The notes beneath the pieces are model-generated. The model was given only the letters and a program-made list of their open reading frames with translations. It did no database searches and had not been told where the DNA came from. This document shows positions 22,455-36,902 of a DNA stretch of 64,000 nt, piece after piece; within the stretch, counting starts at the first letter, position 1; each line of letters starts with the position of its first letter. Both the position numbers and the translations under genes were made by a program. The DNA is taken from the NCBI GenBank assembly GCA_951406725.2, contig OX597831.1, forward strand, positions 17,670,001 to 17,734,000, read 5' to 3'. The DNA is from Octopus vulgaris. Taxonomy: Eukaryota.

Positions 22455-22974
22455 TAAGAGACAATGGTTCTCATGGCTTCTGATATTAACTGATTGGATG
22501 TGTTATCATGTACATTGTTTTGTCTTGGCGTAAAAGATGGGCTACAGTAAATATTCTGCTCAATACAACAGATTTGCTTGTCAGTTCTTTGACCTTAACC
22601 AGTTGAGCAGGTCTTTTAGTGGCTGACGATATGTGCATCTCTGATCACGAACAGAAGCAGTTGTGGAGCATCATAGCCATAACTTGAGAAGCAATCTTTG
22701 GAGTTTGAACAATTCAACTCTGGAACCATGGTTGTTTCGTCCTCCCATAATATATACAAGCCTCTTTCAGGAAATATTTCAGCAGTATTGGCTACTCGAC
22801 CTGAAGAAAATTCCAGCTAGTTCCCAGTTGTTAGGTCAGACGCAAACGATACATGTTTGTGATGCATCCGCCAGTTGTACACTTATCATACGTGTTGGCA
22901 TCATAAAATTACAGGGCATAGCACATTTTATCCCAGGGTCAATTTGTTGACATGCTCTGCTCTCTCAATCGATA

Positions 22975-22975
<1 letters not shown>
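22455..22975. repeat. Unclassified dispersed repeat; further direct copies at ~25560-25630 and 25750-25975
   Basis: catggcttctgat..tgttatcatgtacattgttttgtc..gggctac..aaatatt.tgctcaatac is shared between ~22473 and ~25776. Confidence 0.6.
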
Positions 22976-23212
<237 letters not shown>

Positions 23213-23214
23213 TA

Positions 23215-25423
23215 TCAAATGAAACAGCAAAACCAGAAAACTACAGACCAATAACCTGCTTCCCTACTATGTTCAAGGCATTTACTGCAGTGATATCGCA
23301 AAGGCTGAACAAGCACCTGAACGAAAACAAACTGTTCATGGAAGAGCAGAAAGGATGCCGCAAAGGCTCATATGGCTGTAAAGATCAACTAATGATTAAT
23401 AAAGCCGTAACTGAAGACAGCCACAGAAAGAAGAAAGGCCTCAGTATGGCCTGGATTGACTACAAAAAGGCGTTTGATAGCATCCCCCAAACATGGATAC
23501 TCGAAACACTAGCCATTAACAAAGTAGCACCAACAATCATAAAATTCATAGAGTGCTCTATGAATAAATGGCAAACAGTCCTACACCTCCAAACAAAAGA
23601 GGGACTCATGAAAACCAAAGACATCCCCATTAGAAGAGGAATATTCCAGGGAGACACGCTCTCTCCACTCCTATTCTGCTTGGCACTGTAACCTCTATAT
23701 CATATGCTAAATAGAACTGGATGCGGATATAAATGTTACGGCAAAACGATTAGCCACCTTTTATATATGGATGACTTAAAACTATACGCTGCAAATGACA
23801 AACAGCTGGAAACACAATTAAAGACAGTTCAAGGATTTACCAAAGAAATAGATATGAAATTTGGATTAGAAAAATGCGCCAAAGTAACCATGAAAAGAGG
23901 AAAACTAGTTAAGAATAACAACATCACACTAGATAAAACCAATGAAATAAAAGAATTAGACCAAAGCCAAACTTACAAATAATTAGGAATCCATGAACTA
24001 GATAAGACACAACACACACAAATGAAAGAGAAAATAAAAATGAATATTATAGACGAGTTAGATCAATACTAAAAACAGAGCTCAATGCTAAAAACAAGAT
24101 AATAGGTATCAACACTTTAGCTGTCCCAGTTATAAGTTACAGCTACAATATCCTTAACTGGACACGAAATGAACTGTCCAAAATAGATAGGAAAACAAGA
24201 AAAATACTGACAGGATCTAGGATGCATCACCCAAAATCTGACATAGAAAGACTATATATACAACGTATAGAAGGTGGTAGAGGACTTATACAGCTGGAAA
24301 ACTACTGTAAAATAACCACCATAGGACTGCAAAAATACCTACTTCAGAAGGAAGGAAAACTGATCCAGATAGCAGCAAAACACGAGCAAAACAAAAAACT
24401 GTTCTCAGTATTTAAGGAAGCTGACAAATACAAACAAGAAATCATACCACCTAATAAACACGAAGAAGAAGAAGAAGATGATGAAGAAAACACAAAAGCT
24501 ATAAAACAAATGAAATCCAAACAAAAAATAGAACAGCAACGAACCATGATAAAACGATGGCAAGAAAGCCCCATCATGGTAAATACTGCACTAAACTAAA
24601 CGCAAATGAAATAGACAAAGAAAAATCCCAGCAATGGTTGAGAAGCTCAGGACTCAAAGCAGAAACAGAGGGATTTTTAATTGCAGCACAAGACCAAAAC
24701 CTCCCCACCAGAAATTACCAAAAACATGTAATGAAAAGACATATTACAAGTAACTGCAGAATATGTGAAGATGGACAAGAAACAATAACTCATATTATCT
24801 CTAGCTGCCCAGTCCCGGCTAAGAAGGAATATATTCACAGACATGACAGAGTTGGAATCTACATACATTGGAAGCTATGCCAACATTATGGAATAACAAC
24901 AGAAAAAAGATGGTATAGGCACACACCAGAAAAGGTCACAGAAAACGAGAAAGCAACCATACTCTGGGATATGCCGATACACACAGATAGAGAAATTAAG
25001 GCCAACAGACCAGATATAGTTGTCAGAGATCATGAAGAAAAACATGCTTTCTAATTGATGTATCAATACCGGCAGATGACAACGTGTCTCTAAAAGAAAT
25101 GGAGAAACTCTCAAAATACAAAGACCTGGAAATAGAGGTAACTAGAATGTGGAATCTGAAAACAGAAACAATTCCTATCATAGTAGGTGCATTAGGCATG
25201 ATAAAAAAATATTCAGACAAATACATAACAAAAACACCAGGACTTACAAACACATATAACATAAAGAAAATTGCTTTACTAGGCACTGCACACATCCTAC
25301 GCAGAACACTTTCCATACAATAACAATCAGAGCATCACAACAAATCACAGCACATACCCAAGGCACACAGAGCTGCGCTCGGTAGTGAAGTGAAAGCACG
25401 CTATAAAAATAAAACTACTGAAT
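23215..25423 (+). mobile_element. 5'-truncated R4/Dong-clade non-LTR retrotransposon (RT + restriction-like endonuclease) in (AAT)n
   Basis: WIDYKKAFDSI, GIFQGDTLSPLLF, HLLYMDDLKLYA, CRIC..ETITHIISSC, RHD, NRPDIV, EKLSKYKDL; (AAT)n tracts on both sides. Confidence 0.88.
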
Positions 25424-25424
25424 G

Positions 25425-25501
<77 letters not shown>

Positions 25502-25669
25502 AAGAAGAAGAAGAGGAAGAGAAAGTAGAAACCGGATGTACTATTATTCTTTCCTCTTCTGATCAATACCACAAACTTTCTTTTCAGTTGCTTTAGGAGA
25601 ACCAATTGAGCATGTCTCTCAGTGGTTTACGATACAACTCGTACAAATATAAAGCAAAAGTCATACATA

Positions 25670-25748
<79 letters not shown>

Positions 25749-26251
25749 CCTGATGTAGTACCATGCAATGGCTCCCATGGCTTCTGATCTAATCTTATTG
25801 GAAGTGTTATCATGTACATTGTTTTGTCATGATATAAAACTTGGGCTACTGCAAATATTTTGCTCAATACCACAAATTTGCTTGTCAGTTGCTTCAGCAT
25901 AACCAGTTAAGCTTGTCTCTCAGTGGTTGAAGATACGTGCATCTATGCTCCTGATCAGATGTAGTGTGGTAGCACTACATAATTAGCAGGAATAACAAAT
26001 GGTGTCAGATACTGACTACCTAGAAACTCAACGATGTATCAATGGAATTGAAGCTTTCAATGACTGCGTGCACGAGATGCAGAGGCTGGTCTCTGACTCT
26101 TGTTAGACTAATTCTAAGAACATGACAAATAAAATAAAATATATCCAAAGAAAGCACACCTGCGTATATTCCTTTTCATAGCTTCTCTCTGAAGAGTTAC
26201 ATTACAAGCGAACCAAAAAGGAGTTGTCATGGATAATGCATATTAGTTACC

Positions 26252-26290
<39 letters not shown>

Positions 26291-26341
26291 AATCATCATC
26301 ATTATTATCATCATCATAATCATCATCATTATCATCATCAT

Positions 26342-26379
<38 letters not shown>

Positions 26380-26639
26380 ACAATAATGTGCAATAAGTAA
26401 CGTCGGTTTGGTCTAATCTGTTTATAGAATTGGATGGAATTTAATGCATATATTTATGAAATTCCGTGTATCTCAGCTGAGATAAGACGTGGAATATGAG
26501 AGGCAACCAAACCATGATAGCATTCTACATATATCTTTTGCTTGCTAACCTTGGTAAGTGTTTTGAAAATTACATAACGTAAATGGTTATCTATTAATTT
26601 ACCTAGAATTCTAAGCTGATATTTGTCATTTTTAATTTT

Positions 26640-28490
26640 TTCATTTTCATCTAGTTTCAGCTCCCAAGCTGTGGCCAAGCTGGGTCACCGCCATGCGGTG
26701 TTGCTACACGATTTTACTTCATGAATGCTTTTTAGCAATTGACATTTGGTGCATGAGAGAGTTTGATGCAGCTTCCCTCATTTGCACCTCCTGTCTTGAA
26801 GTTGGTTCCTCTGGGACACCTGATAGTAAGAGGTCCAACTTTATTTTAAAGGCATCCTCATCCACCCCATGCTTGTCTTTCAGGTCGTTCGAGAGGTTAT
26901 TGAAGATCTGTGGACCTCTGAAACCAAGGCTATCACAGTATCTTGACCTACATCTTGAGGGAAAATTTAGAGTCCTGGCACTATGCAGTGGCGCCCAGTC
27001 CTTGCATTTGTGTAACTCTCGATGCCAAAGTTTGGGACAATTCCTTCTAGGATCTTCCAGATGTATATTATGGCATATCTTTCTCGCCTACGCTCTAAGG
27101 TATAGAGTCTTAATCTCCTGAGTCTTTCCCAATAACTTATATGCTGCACAGAGGCTATCTTCTTCGTGTAGCTTCGTTGGATCACCTCAAGTTCTGTGAT
27201 TAATTTGACACTAGATGGTGACAATAGCTGAAATCAATAGTCAAAGAGGCTTAGGACAAGCGTCCTCCAGAGGACCATTATGGTTTCTTGGTTTCTTGGT
27301 CTCTTCTTCTAAAAACTCTAAGAATCCATCCGGTAAGCCGTCTATAATTCTTGCCCAACTTAGAAATGTGCACAGGAAAGGTTGCATCATCACTCATGTA
27401 AATACCCAGGTCTCGCACTGATTGTTCCACTGGGATTTCAGTCCATCCATATCCAGTGTATTTATTGGGTATTGCATTTAGTTTTGCGTGCTGATAGCAT
27501 AAATCTTGAAACTTTTCAGCATTGAACTGCATGCTATTCTTTTCAGCCCACTTGTATATATTGTCCAGCTCACAATGCATGTGCTTAGTGTCTTTAGGGT
27601 ACTAAATTGCCTGTGAAACCTTTGTATCATCTGCATAACTTGTGATCGTGGCTCTCTTTAGTAGTGGTCCCAAAACAGTGCCTTGCGCAACACCACTCAC
27701 TATTTGTGTGTTAATGGAAGTGGCCCCATTGGCTACTACCACCTGACTTCTATCCTTCAGAAAGTCACGAAGCCATTCTCCCAATCTTACTACTATTCCA
27801 AGATCACGCAGTGTGTGACATATCATTCCATGATCGACTTTATCAAATGCCTTTTCAAAGTCGAGATATATGACTTCCACTTTTGAGTGGTTGAGCAGTC
27901 GTTTCAGCACCCAGTCATAGTGTGGTAGGAGCTGAGTTAAGCAGCTTCTTCCTGGTCGGAAACCATATTGGGCGTCAGGCAGCAAGTCATTTTCTTCAAG
28001 GAAGGTGATTAGTTTCCTTCTGACTATTCGCTTTATGACCTTGCTGATGTTTGAAGTCAGAGAGATAGATCTATAAGTTTTGGCTCCACTCTGCTACTTC
28101 CTTTATGAATAAGGCATATTTTACTCTCCTTCAGTTTTCTTGGAAGTTTGTCAGTTGCAAGGAAGCTCTGAAAGAAGAACTGCAGTGTTCTTGCTAGGAC
28201 TCGCTTACATACATTTAGAAGGATTCCTGGGAATCCTTCGGGGCCAGTAGCTGAGTTTGGGTTCATTTCATCTATTGCCCTTAATACATCGTCTTCCTTT
28301 ATATTGATGTAATCAATCATCATTGCCTCCTTTTTTACATCTGCAGTGGTAAAGAACTCAGTTGGATTGGTGACTTGAAAGTGCCCTGGGGATGGAGTGA
28401 AAATACTCTTTAATTGCTCATTTAGTATTTCACGTATCCTCATTGGATTTCCTGTGAGTGTACAATCTTTTTCAAGGAGTGTCCCTATAT
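26640..28490 (-). mobile_element. Decayed CR1/L2-group LINE RT fragment with 3' tail
   Basis: QYGFRPGRSCLTQLL, YLDFEKAFDKVDH, SGVAQGTVLGPLL, YADDTK, SYWERLRRLRLYTLERRRER. Confidence 0.85.
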
Positions 28491-28548
28491 ATATAAACAT
28501 AAGATAGTGGTACAACACTGCACCAATATTTACTGGAAATACCTTTAC

Positions 28549-28614
<66 letters not shown>

Positions 28615-29099
28615 AACGAATGTTTGCGAGTTGCGGACATGAAGGAAGGACGTTAAATAAATGACCATTATATAAATATACAACCCGAATGTCGATAATC
28701 TAGGTTTCGAACTTTTTAAATCACTTTTATTTATGTAAATTTCATTGGTCCTTTTTTCCGTTGGATTCACCTAGACAAAGTTTCAAATGTAACTACATCA
28801 ATGCCAATATTACTCGTCTGAACGCTTAGCCGTCATCAAACCGAGAACAGTAAAAAAAGTTTCAAACACAATATTATTAAATAGTTCAATACAGTAGAAG
28901 TGCTTGAAACTAAAACAAAGCAACATATTGGAAATACAGATGTATTATTACCGTTATTAATGGTATTAATAAGGTAACTTCACACCGCTACAGGCGATAT
29001 ATAAGGGGAATTTAGAAGCATAAGGGCATATAATACCACCTGCTTATTGTGGACATGAACACCTGGCTCTGATTTTAACAGGAGGCATTATATACCCAA

Positions 29100-29157
<58 letters not shown>

Positions 29158-29289
29158 AAAACTTACTTGGAGAAGAGAAACGACGCGTGCGTTTGGTGAT
29201 ATAATAACATTATAATAAATAAATAAAATATATGCATATATACATACATATATGTACATACTTACATCTGCAGGTATATATACAAGCAA

Positions 29290-30630
29290 ATATATATATA
29301 TGAAAAGGGAAGAAATTGAAAAGGAAAAACGTTTCAGATATGAATACAGAATCGCGGCAAATTCCAGTCGCAATCCAAAAACCTTCTTTGACCTTGTCCA
29401 ACGGAATTCCCGCTTGAACAACAAAATTGCAACGTTGGTAGACTCAACAGGCATATCGATTGAGAACCCTTATCAACAGAGTCAGTTATTTGCCTAGGCC
29501 TTTTCAACTATTTTCAAACAAGATGATGGTCGTGAACCCCCTCCATTTGATAGATCGGTACCTCAAATGCGTCGATTGGTCATCACGCGGGACGAAGTCG
29601 AACGCCTTATTCAAGGCCTCGATGTCAACAAGGTTCACGGCCCTGACGGCATACACACACGGGTTATTAAAGCGTTGGCTCCGGTCATCTGCGAGCCCTT
29701 AACGCGTCTATTCAATAAGTCATTGGCGACGGGTGTTATACCTTCGGACTGGAGAACAGCGATAAACTGCCCAATTTTCAAGAAAAGGAGCCGCGAAGAC
29801 CCGCTTAACTACCGACCGGTTTCCCGTACATCAATAATCAGCAAAATGTTCAAAGCCATCCTTAAGACAAGCATGATGCTCCACCTCCAAACGCAGCCTC
29901 CATCTCTGATTCCCAAAACAGCTTCGTGCCGAAGAGATCATGTTGACCAACTTACTAGTAATGGAAGAATTGGTGACGCGCATCCTTGATGATAGTGATG
30001 CTGCTGACATCGTTTTATTGGACTTTGCCAAAGCTTTTGACTCGGTAAACCACCGCCTGTTACTTGTCAAGCTTCAAGCATATAGTTTTCATCCGGATAT
30101 TGTACGATGGGTTGGTGCCTTCCTCTCAGATCGCTCCTTCCAAGTCCAAGTTAATGGTTCGTGGTCCGACGTCTTCAGTGCGAGCAGTGGAAACGCCTCA
30201 AGGTTCAGTGCTTGTGCCCTTATTGTTCTTAGTCTTCAAAAATAACTTGCCCCACGCCCTCACGCAACACACCCTTCTATTTGCCGACGATGTCAGACTG
30301 GTCGATCCTCGCGGTGGTATAGAGGATTTTCGTCGATGCCTCCACCAAATTTGGAGATGGTCTAACGAATGGGACCTGTGTCTGAACGTGTCAAAGTGCT
30401 GTCATCTGCCTGTCGGCTCTACTCCTGCAACTCAACTTGATTTCGAGCCGGTTCGTCTGCTGCTGGAGAGGACCGATCAGGTAAAGGACCTGGGTATCTT
30501 GGTGGATTCCTTCTTTTCGCTTTCAGCCCAGTGCGTCTATGCTGCCAACAAAGCACGCGGATTTCTGTTCTTGATTCGACGGTCATTCGGAATGCTCACA
30601 GCAGCCATATTCCTACCACTCTATGCCACA
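29290..30630 (+). mobile_element. Decayed CR1-group LINE RT fragment (different, GC-richer family)
   Basis: GPDGIH, NYRPVS, LDFAKAFDSVNH, PQGSVLVPLLFL, FADDVRL, KDLGILVD. Confidence 0.85.
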
Positions 30631-31189
30631 AGATTAACTAACTAACTAACATTTCAGTACAGGACACCACAAATAAACGTAGAGCACAACGAGAAACGAA
30701 AACATAAAATCAAACACGGAAACGGACTTTTTTGAACAACGAAGAAACAGAGTACAGGAAAAGCAATACAAGGAACATTCCCCTTCATCAGATCCCCTGG
30801 TGCTACTCAAAGCGTGTTTAGAAGGTAAGGGCAGAACACGGCCAGGCCTAAACAATCCTTCCTGCAAAAGGAATTAAATAAAATTATTTTGATGGAGGGT
30901 AAAACAAGTGACAAAAACAGGACGTAAAAGCAATACAAATGAAGAAAAAACAGTACAAATAATGAATAACAGGACAGGGAACCAGCAAAAAGTGCTTTCT
31001 TTAGGCCTAGACGGTGGAGACGCTCACTCTTACCCTTTATTTCACCTTTCCTCCCTGCCTGTCTGTCTTCACATATATATATTCGGATATATTCCTTCTA
31101 TATTTTATGTTTAAATATTATTTTTTGCAGTCATTATATTGTGGGCATGTTGGTGTAGCACACATAAGGTTTTAATCAAACGGCTACAT

Positions 31190-31370
31190 CTGGGAAATTC
31201 TTATCTGTGTTCCATCTGCGGTTACGTTCTGAGTGCAGATGTCGCCGAGGTCAACTTTGCACTTCATCCATTCGGGGTCAATAAAATAAGTAACAGTTAC
31301 GCTCTAAATCGATGTCTGTCCTTGTTTGTCCCTTACATGTTTAGCTCCCCGTGAGCAATAAATAAATAAT
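31190..31370 (+). mobile_element. tRNA-type SINE remnant
   Basis: gttacgttctgagt..gccgaggtcaactttgcacttcatccattcggggtcaataaaataag..tgtctgtccttgtttgtccc..ccccgtgagcaataaa; related to the copy at 45944-46080. Confidence 0.65.
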
Positions 31371-32889
31371 ATCATTTTATTCTGTAATATAACAACATAT
31401 CAAAATTACATATAAGGAACGATTTTAGGAAATTTTCAATGAAACCGAATGGATCTGCTTCAAATATTGTGATATTTTCCTGTGATGTGATCAGTCAGAT
31501 GTGCTTTTGTTTACGTGTGAGATGACGTGGTATCCATCGAGCAAAATCCCAAATCACGCCAGATTCATTGCCCATAATACCTGTAATTGTCTCACTGGAT
31601 ATGCTAGTAACATTGGTAATTTGATTTTGAAACAAGTCACATGTTATATGTCACCATCTGGGGAAGACCAGTAACGTCTTCCACTATAGCGGCAGTTGCA
31701 GGACGTCAATGCATCGCATTATTTTCAAGTCAATCCATTTCTCACCTAAATTCATCTGACAAACTTTTCCTCTGTTTCTATTGCTCTCACATCACACCTG
31801 ATGTAGCAACCATGCCCACATGTGTACCTATGCAGATTAAACCATTTATCTGTTCGTTTTGCAGTAAAGTATTTTGTCCAGAATTCGCTACTAACTATTT
31901 AAGTTGTTTTTGAAGAGGCATTTATGAGTTAATTGGAAAGATGGCAGCTATTTATTAAGAGCTGCTTTAATGCATACACAATTTCAAAGCTCGTAAATAT
32001 CCCATGTTATTTGACAATTCAAAATTCTCATTCATTTATTGTCGTGCTATGAACCTTTCAGACTTCACTCTTTGTAACTATATAAACTTATGTATATGAT
32101 CACAGAAACTTATATGCGTTGGTGAGAATCTGGGTGGTGCGTGTGTGTCCATGTATGTATGTTAGTGAGTTTGTGCGTTTGTAAGTGTGTGTGTGTGCGT
32201 GTAGAATAGAGAAGTTATAAATCCATGATCCCTTACACATATATAAATGTATATGGACTTGCATAAGAATAGACAATAACTAAAATCATTTTATTTCGTC
32301 CAAGTTTTAATTAACAATGTCATATTTCCCTATTTTAAAGTAGGATTTTTTCTCGTTTCAGTTGTTGTAACAGACATATGGGACACAGCATGCTAGGGCG
32401 TAGCACAAACCGTGTGCCCCAAAGAGTTTGATGTCTATAACAGAAACAGAATCAACTGCCTGTATGTTCCATATAAATAATATTATTTATGTAACAACTA
32501 AATTTATCAATTTTAAATAAAATTTTGTCTATATAATTCATTATAGAGAATCGAATGATATTTTCTCGACATCGTTTTCTTGCTTTTCATTGAACCACTT
32601 CTCACGGACCACAAACATCTTGATCCTTCGGGGAAGACTGTTTTTGCTTATTTGCGCAGTTATGTTACCCATCGCTTCCGATACATCTCCGAATGTTGCA
32701 AAATCGATGATCTCGTGAATGATACTTGAGTTTCCAGTAGACGCAATGGATGTAGAGAGCGAGATCTAGATTGTATATAGTGATTCGAGAAGGGAAACAC
32801 TCTTACCCCAAGACAAAAAATTGAGCTCAGACTTTCATTACGGAACATATACCATGCGTAAGCTGAAGCAGTGCAGCTAAGCTAAGAAA

Positions 32890-32987
<98 letters not shown>

Positions 32988-33057
32988 TAGGGAATAAATC
33001 GAAATTTACAAGGAAAAATCAGATTTAAGATTGAATCCAATTTTATAATAAAATATT

Positions 33058-33644
<587 letters not shown>

Positions 33645-33711
33645 GTATATATATATGTATTTATATATATGTATGTATATGTATATATAGATCCTTATAT
33701 ATATATATGAT

Positions 33712-34906
33712 CTTTCTGAGAAAGCTGTCCAATATTGGTGTCACTGGAAAGCTGCTGCAGTGGATCAAGTGCTTCCTGTCTAACAGAACCCAACATGTTG
33801 TAGTCGAAGGAGTCAAATCCAGCCCAGCCAAAGTCAGCAGTGGTGTCCCACAATGCACTGTGTTTGGGCCCACTTCTCTTCATCATCTACATAAATGATA
33901 TTACTGACACCATCAAACACAGTAGCATCAGAACCTTCGCTGATGATTCCAAGCTCCAGAAGGTCATCAATGGCGTGGATGACCGAATAAGCCTTCAGTC
34001 AGACCTACTGGCTGTTGTACAATGGGCGGAAAAGAATAACATGCTGCTAAACGAAGACAAATTCGAACTGATCCACTTTGGAAGGGAGGACGCTCTGAAA
34101 CTCCTATACTCTCTTCCTTCTGGAGAAATTCTCAAGGCGTCCAACAACATTAGAGACTTGGGAGTAACAGTGGACAACAACATAAGCTGGGCTACACATA
34201 TAAGCAGCAAAGTTGACATGACCCGCAGAATGTGTTCCTGGATTCTCAGAACCTTCCAGTCGAGAGATTCCCACAATATTATCCTTCTCTTCTCCACTTT
34301 TGCCCGCCCCACCTTGAATACTGCTGTCCACTGGTCTCCCTACACAAAACAAATTATTATGAGAATTGAAGCTCCCCAAAGGTCAATCACAAAAAAGATA
34401 GATGGCGTGTCAGACCTTGACTACTGGGGTAGACTAGAGAAGCTGAAATTGTATTCACTCCAACGACGCTGTGAACGCTACATTATCTGTATGATGTGGA
34501 AAATATTCCATCAGCACTGTCCGAATGATGTTGGCATCACCTTCAAAATACATCCAAGGCTTGGACCACGTGCCATCCGTCCACAGCAAAAATCTAAATC
34601 GCATCACATAACGACAATACGGCACAACTATTTCACCTCAATTGGACACACTCTCTTCAACATTACACCAGGACACGTCAAAAAAGAAACTGAGCACACA
34701 AAATTCAAGAAGTCTTTGGACAAATTCCTTCAAACAGTACCGGACAAACCACCCACACCCGGCTATGTCTCCGCAAACAATAACTCTCTGCTCGAATGGG
34801 AATTGGTGCCCAAAGCCTGAACTGAAAGACTTCGCCAGGTGGTGCTATTAAATTAGACATGGACTGGGCCAATACTGGCCAAAACCTTTCTAAGTTATTC
34901 TAAGTT
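33712..34906 (+). mobile_element. 3' part of a CR1-group LINE
   Basis: [47 protein letters not shown]; ends in a (ttctaag tta) tail repeat. Confidence 0.85.
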
Positions 34907-34921
34907 ATATATATATATAAA

Positions 34922-34978
<57 letters not shown>

Positions 34979-34990
34979 GTATATATATGC

Positions 34991-35065
<75 letters not shown>

Positions 35066-35169
35066 CATGCATATACCTGTATACATACATACAAACATAT
35101 ATACATATGCATGCATATACCTGTATACATACATACAAACACATATACATATAGATATAGATTATATAT

Positions 35170-36720
35170 TTTTATTTTCTTGTTTCAGCTCAGAGCTGTG
35201 GCCATGCTGATGCACCACCGTTTTGTGCTACACTGTTATTATGAAGGACCTCCTCTAATATGTGGCACTTGGTGAAGTATGGAGTTTGATATAGCTACTC
35301 TCATTTGCACATCTTGCAGTGAGGTAGGTTCATCTGGGACTCTCGACAGGAAGATGTCCAGCTTTGATTTAAAAACCGCTCCATCTACATTGTGCAAGTT
35401 CCTCAGACTCTTTGGGAGGATATTAAAAAGCTGTGGGCCCTTGAAACCCAGGCTGTTGCAGAAGCTGGTCCTGAAGAGTGATGTCATTGCTGGGATTTTG
35501 GCACTATGCAGTGTCGTCCCGTTCTAGTATTGGTGTAGTTTAAAATGCCAAAAGTTGGCAAAATTCTTTCCAGGATCTTCCAGATATATATATTACTGTA
35601 TACGGCTCCCGTCTTCTCTCCAGGAAGTAGAGCCTTAGCTGTTTCAACCTTTTCCAGTAGCTGAGCTGTTACAAAGAGACGATCTTCTTTGTGAATCTTA
35701 TCTGGATCGCTTGAAGGTCCGCTGTTAATTTCACCCTGGTGGGTGACCATAGCTGTGAACAGTCATCCAGGCGGCTGAGGACAAATGTCCGCCAGAGGAC
35801 AATCATGGTTTCCTTATCTCTGATTCTGAATGTTCTTAGGATCCATCCAGCCAGTCGTCTGCACATTGTCGCCATCCTGGTAATGTGCACTTGGAAAGAG
35901 GTATCATCACCCATGTCGAATCCCGGGTCCCTCACAGACTTAGGCTCTGGGATTGAAATTCCCTCTGGACCGGTGTTTCCTGTAAGTTTAATATTCAGTT
36001 TGGGATGCTGGCAGCGCAGGGCCTGGAATTTTTCAGCATTAAACTGCATATTATTATCCTCAGCCCATCTGTGGATTGAGTCCAGGTGTGCAACATCGCT
36101 GGGGTTCTGTATTTACTGCGAGACTTTCGTATCGTCTGCATAGCTTGCCAGAGTGGCTATCCGGGCATTTGTGAGCATATCTGAGAGGGACACTATAAAA
36201 AGCAGTGGTCCGAAGACAGTTCCCTGTGGATCACCGCTCACTATTTGTGTGTTCATAGATGTGGCACCATTAACCACTACTGCCTGATTCCTATCTTTCA
36301 GGAAGTCATGTAACCACACAAGTTTTCCAGCTATGCCGTGGTCAAGCAGTTTGTGACAGAACATTCCATGATCCACCTTGTCAAAAGCTTTTGCAAAATC
36401 AAGGTAGATTACGTCCACATTTGATTTGTTGAGTAACTGCCTCAACGCCCAGTCATGATGTTGTAAGAGCTGGGTCAGGCAGCTCCTACCTGGTCGAAAA
36501 CCATGCTGGGTATCACTCAGCAAGTTATTTTAATCGAGGAATGCGATTAGTTTCTTTCTGACTATCCGTTCCATGACTTTGATGATGTGTGAAGTCAGAG
36601 AGATAGGCCTATAGTTTTTGGCATCTGCTCTACTTCCCCCTTTATGTATTGGCATATTATTCCCTCCTTCAGTTTGCGTGGCAGTTTGCAATTCGCAAGA
36701 ATGCACCGGAAAGAGATCTT
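35170..36720 (-). mobile_element. Decayed CR1-group LINE related to 26640-28490
   Basis: [55 protein letters not shown]. Confidence 0.85.
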
Positions 36721-36729
36721 GACGGGTTT

Positions 36730-36783
<54 letters not shown>

Positions 36784-36855
36784 TATACATATATATATAT
36801 GTATATATATATGTGCGTGTATCCATATATATATCTATAAATATATATAAATATA

Positions 36856-36899
<44 letters not shown>

Positions 36900-36902
<3 letters not shown>

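Larger units (their letters stand above)
26270..32895. repeat. Right arm of inverted duplication 1, interrupted by arm-specific insertions
   Basis: ORF-track pairs 19629-19901(-)/31641-31913(+) and 21083(+)/28770(-) are mirror copies. Confidence 0.85.

Noticed and set aside
30635-31100. Repeat with CTGATGA on the - strand near 30790 as a hammerhead
   Set aside because: No correctly placed GAAA box or stems were found.
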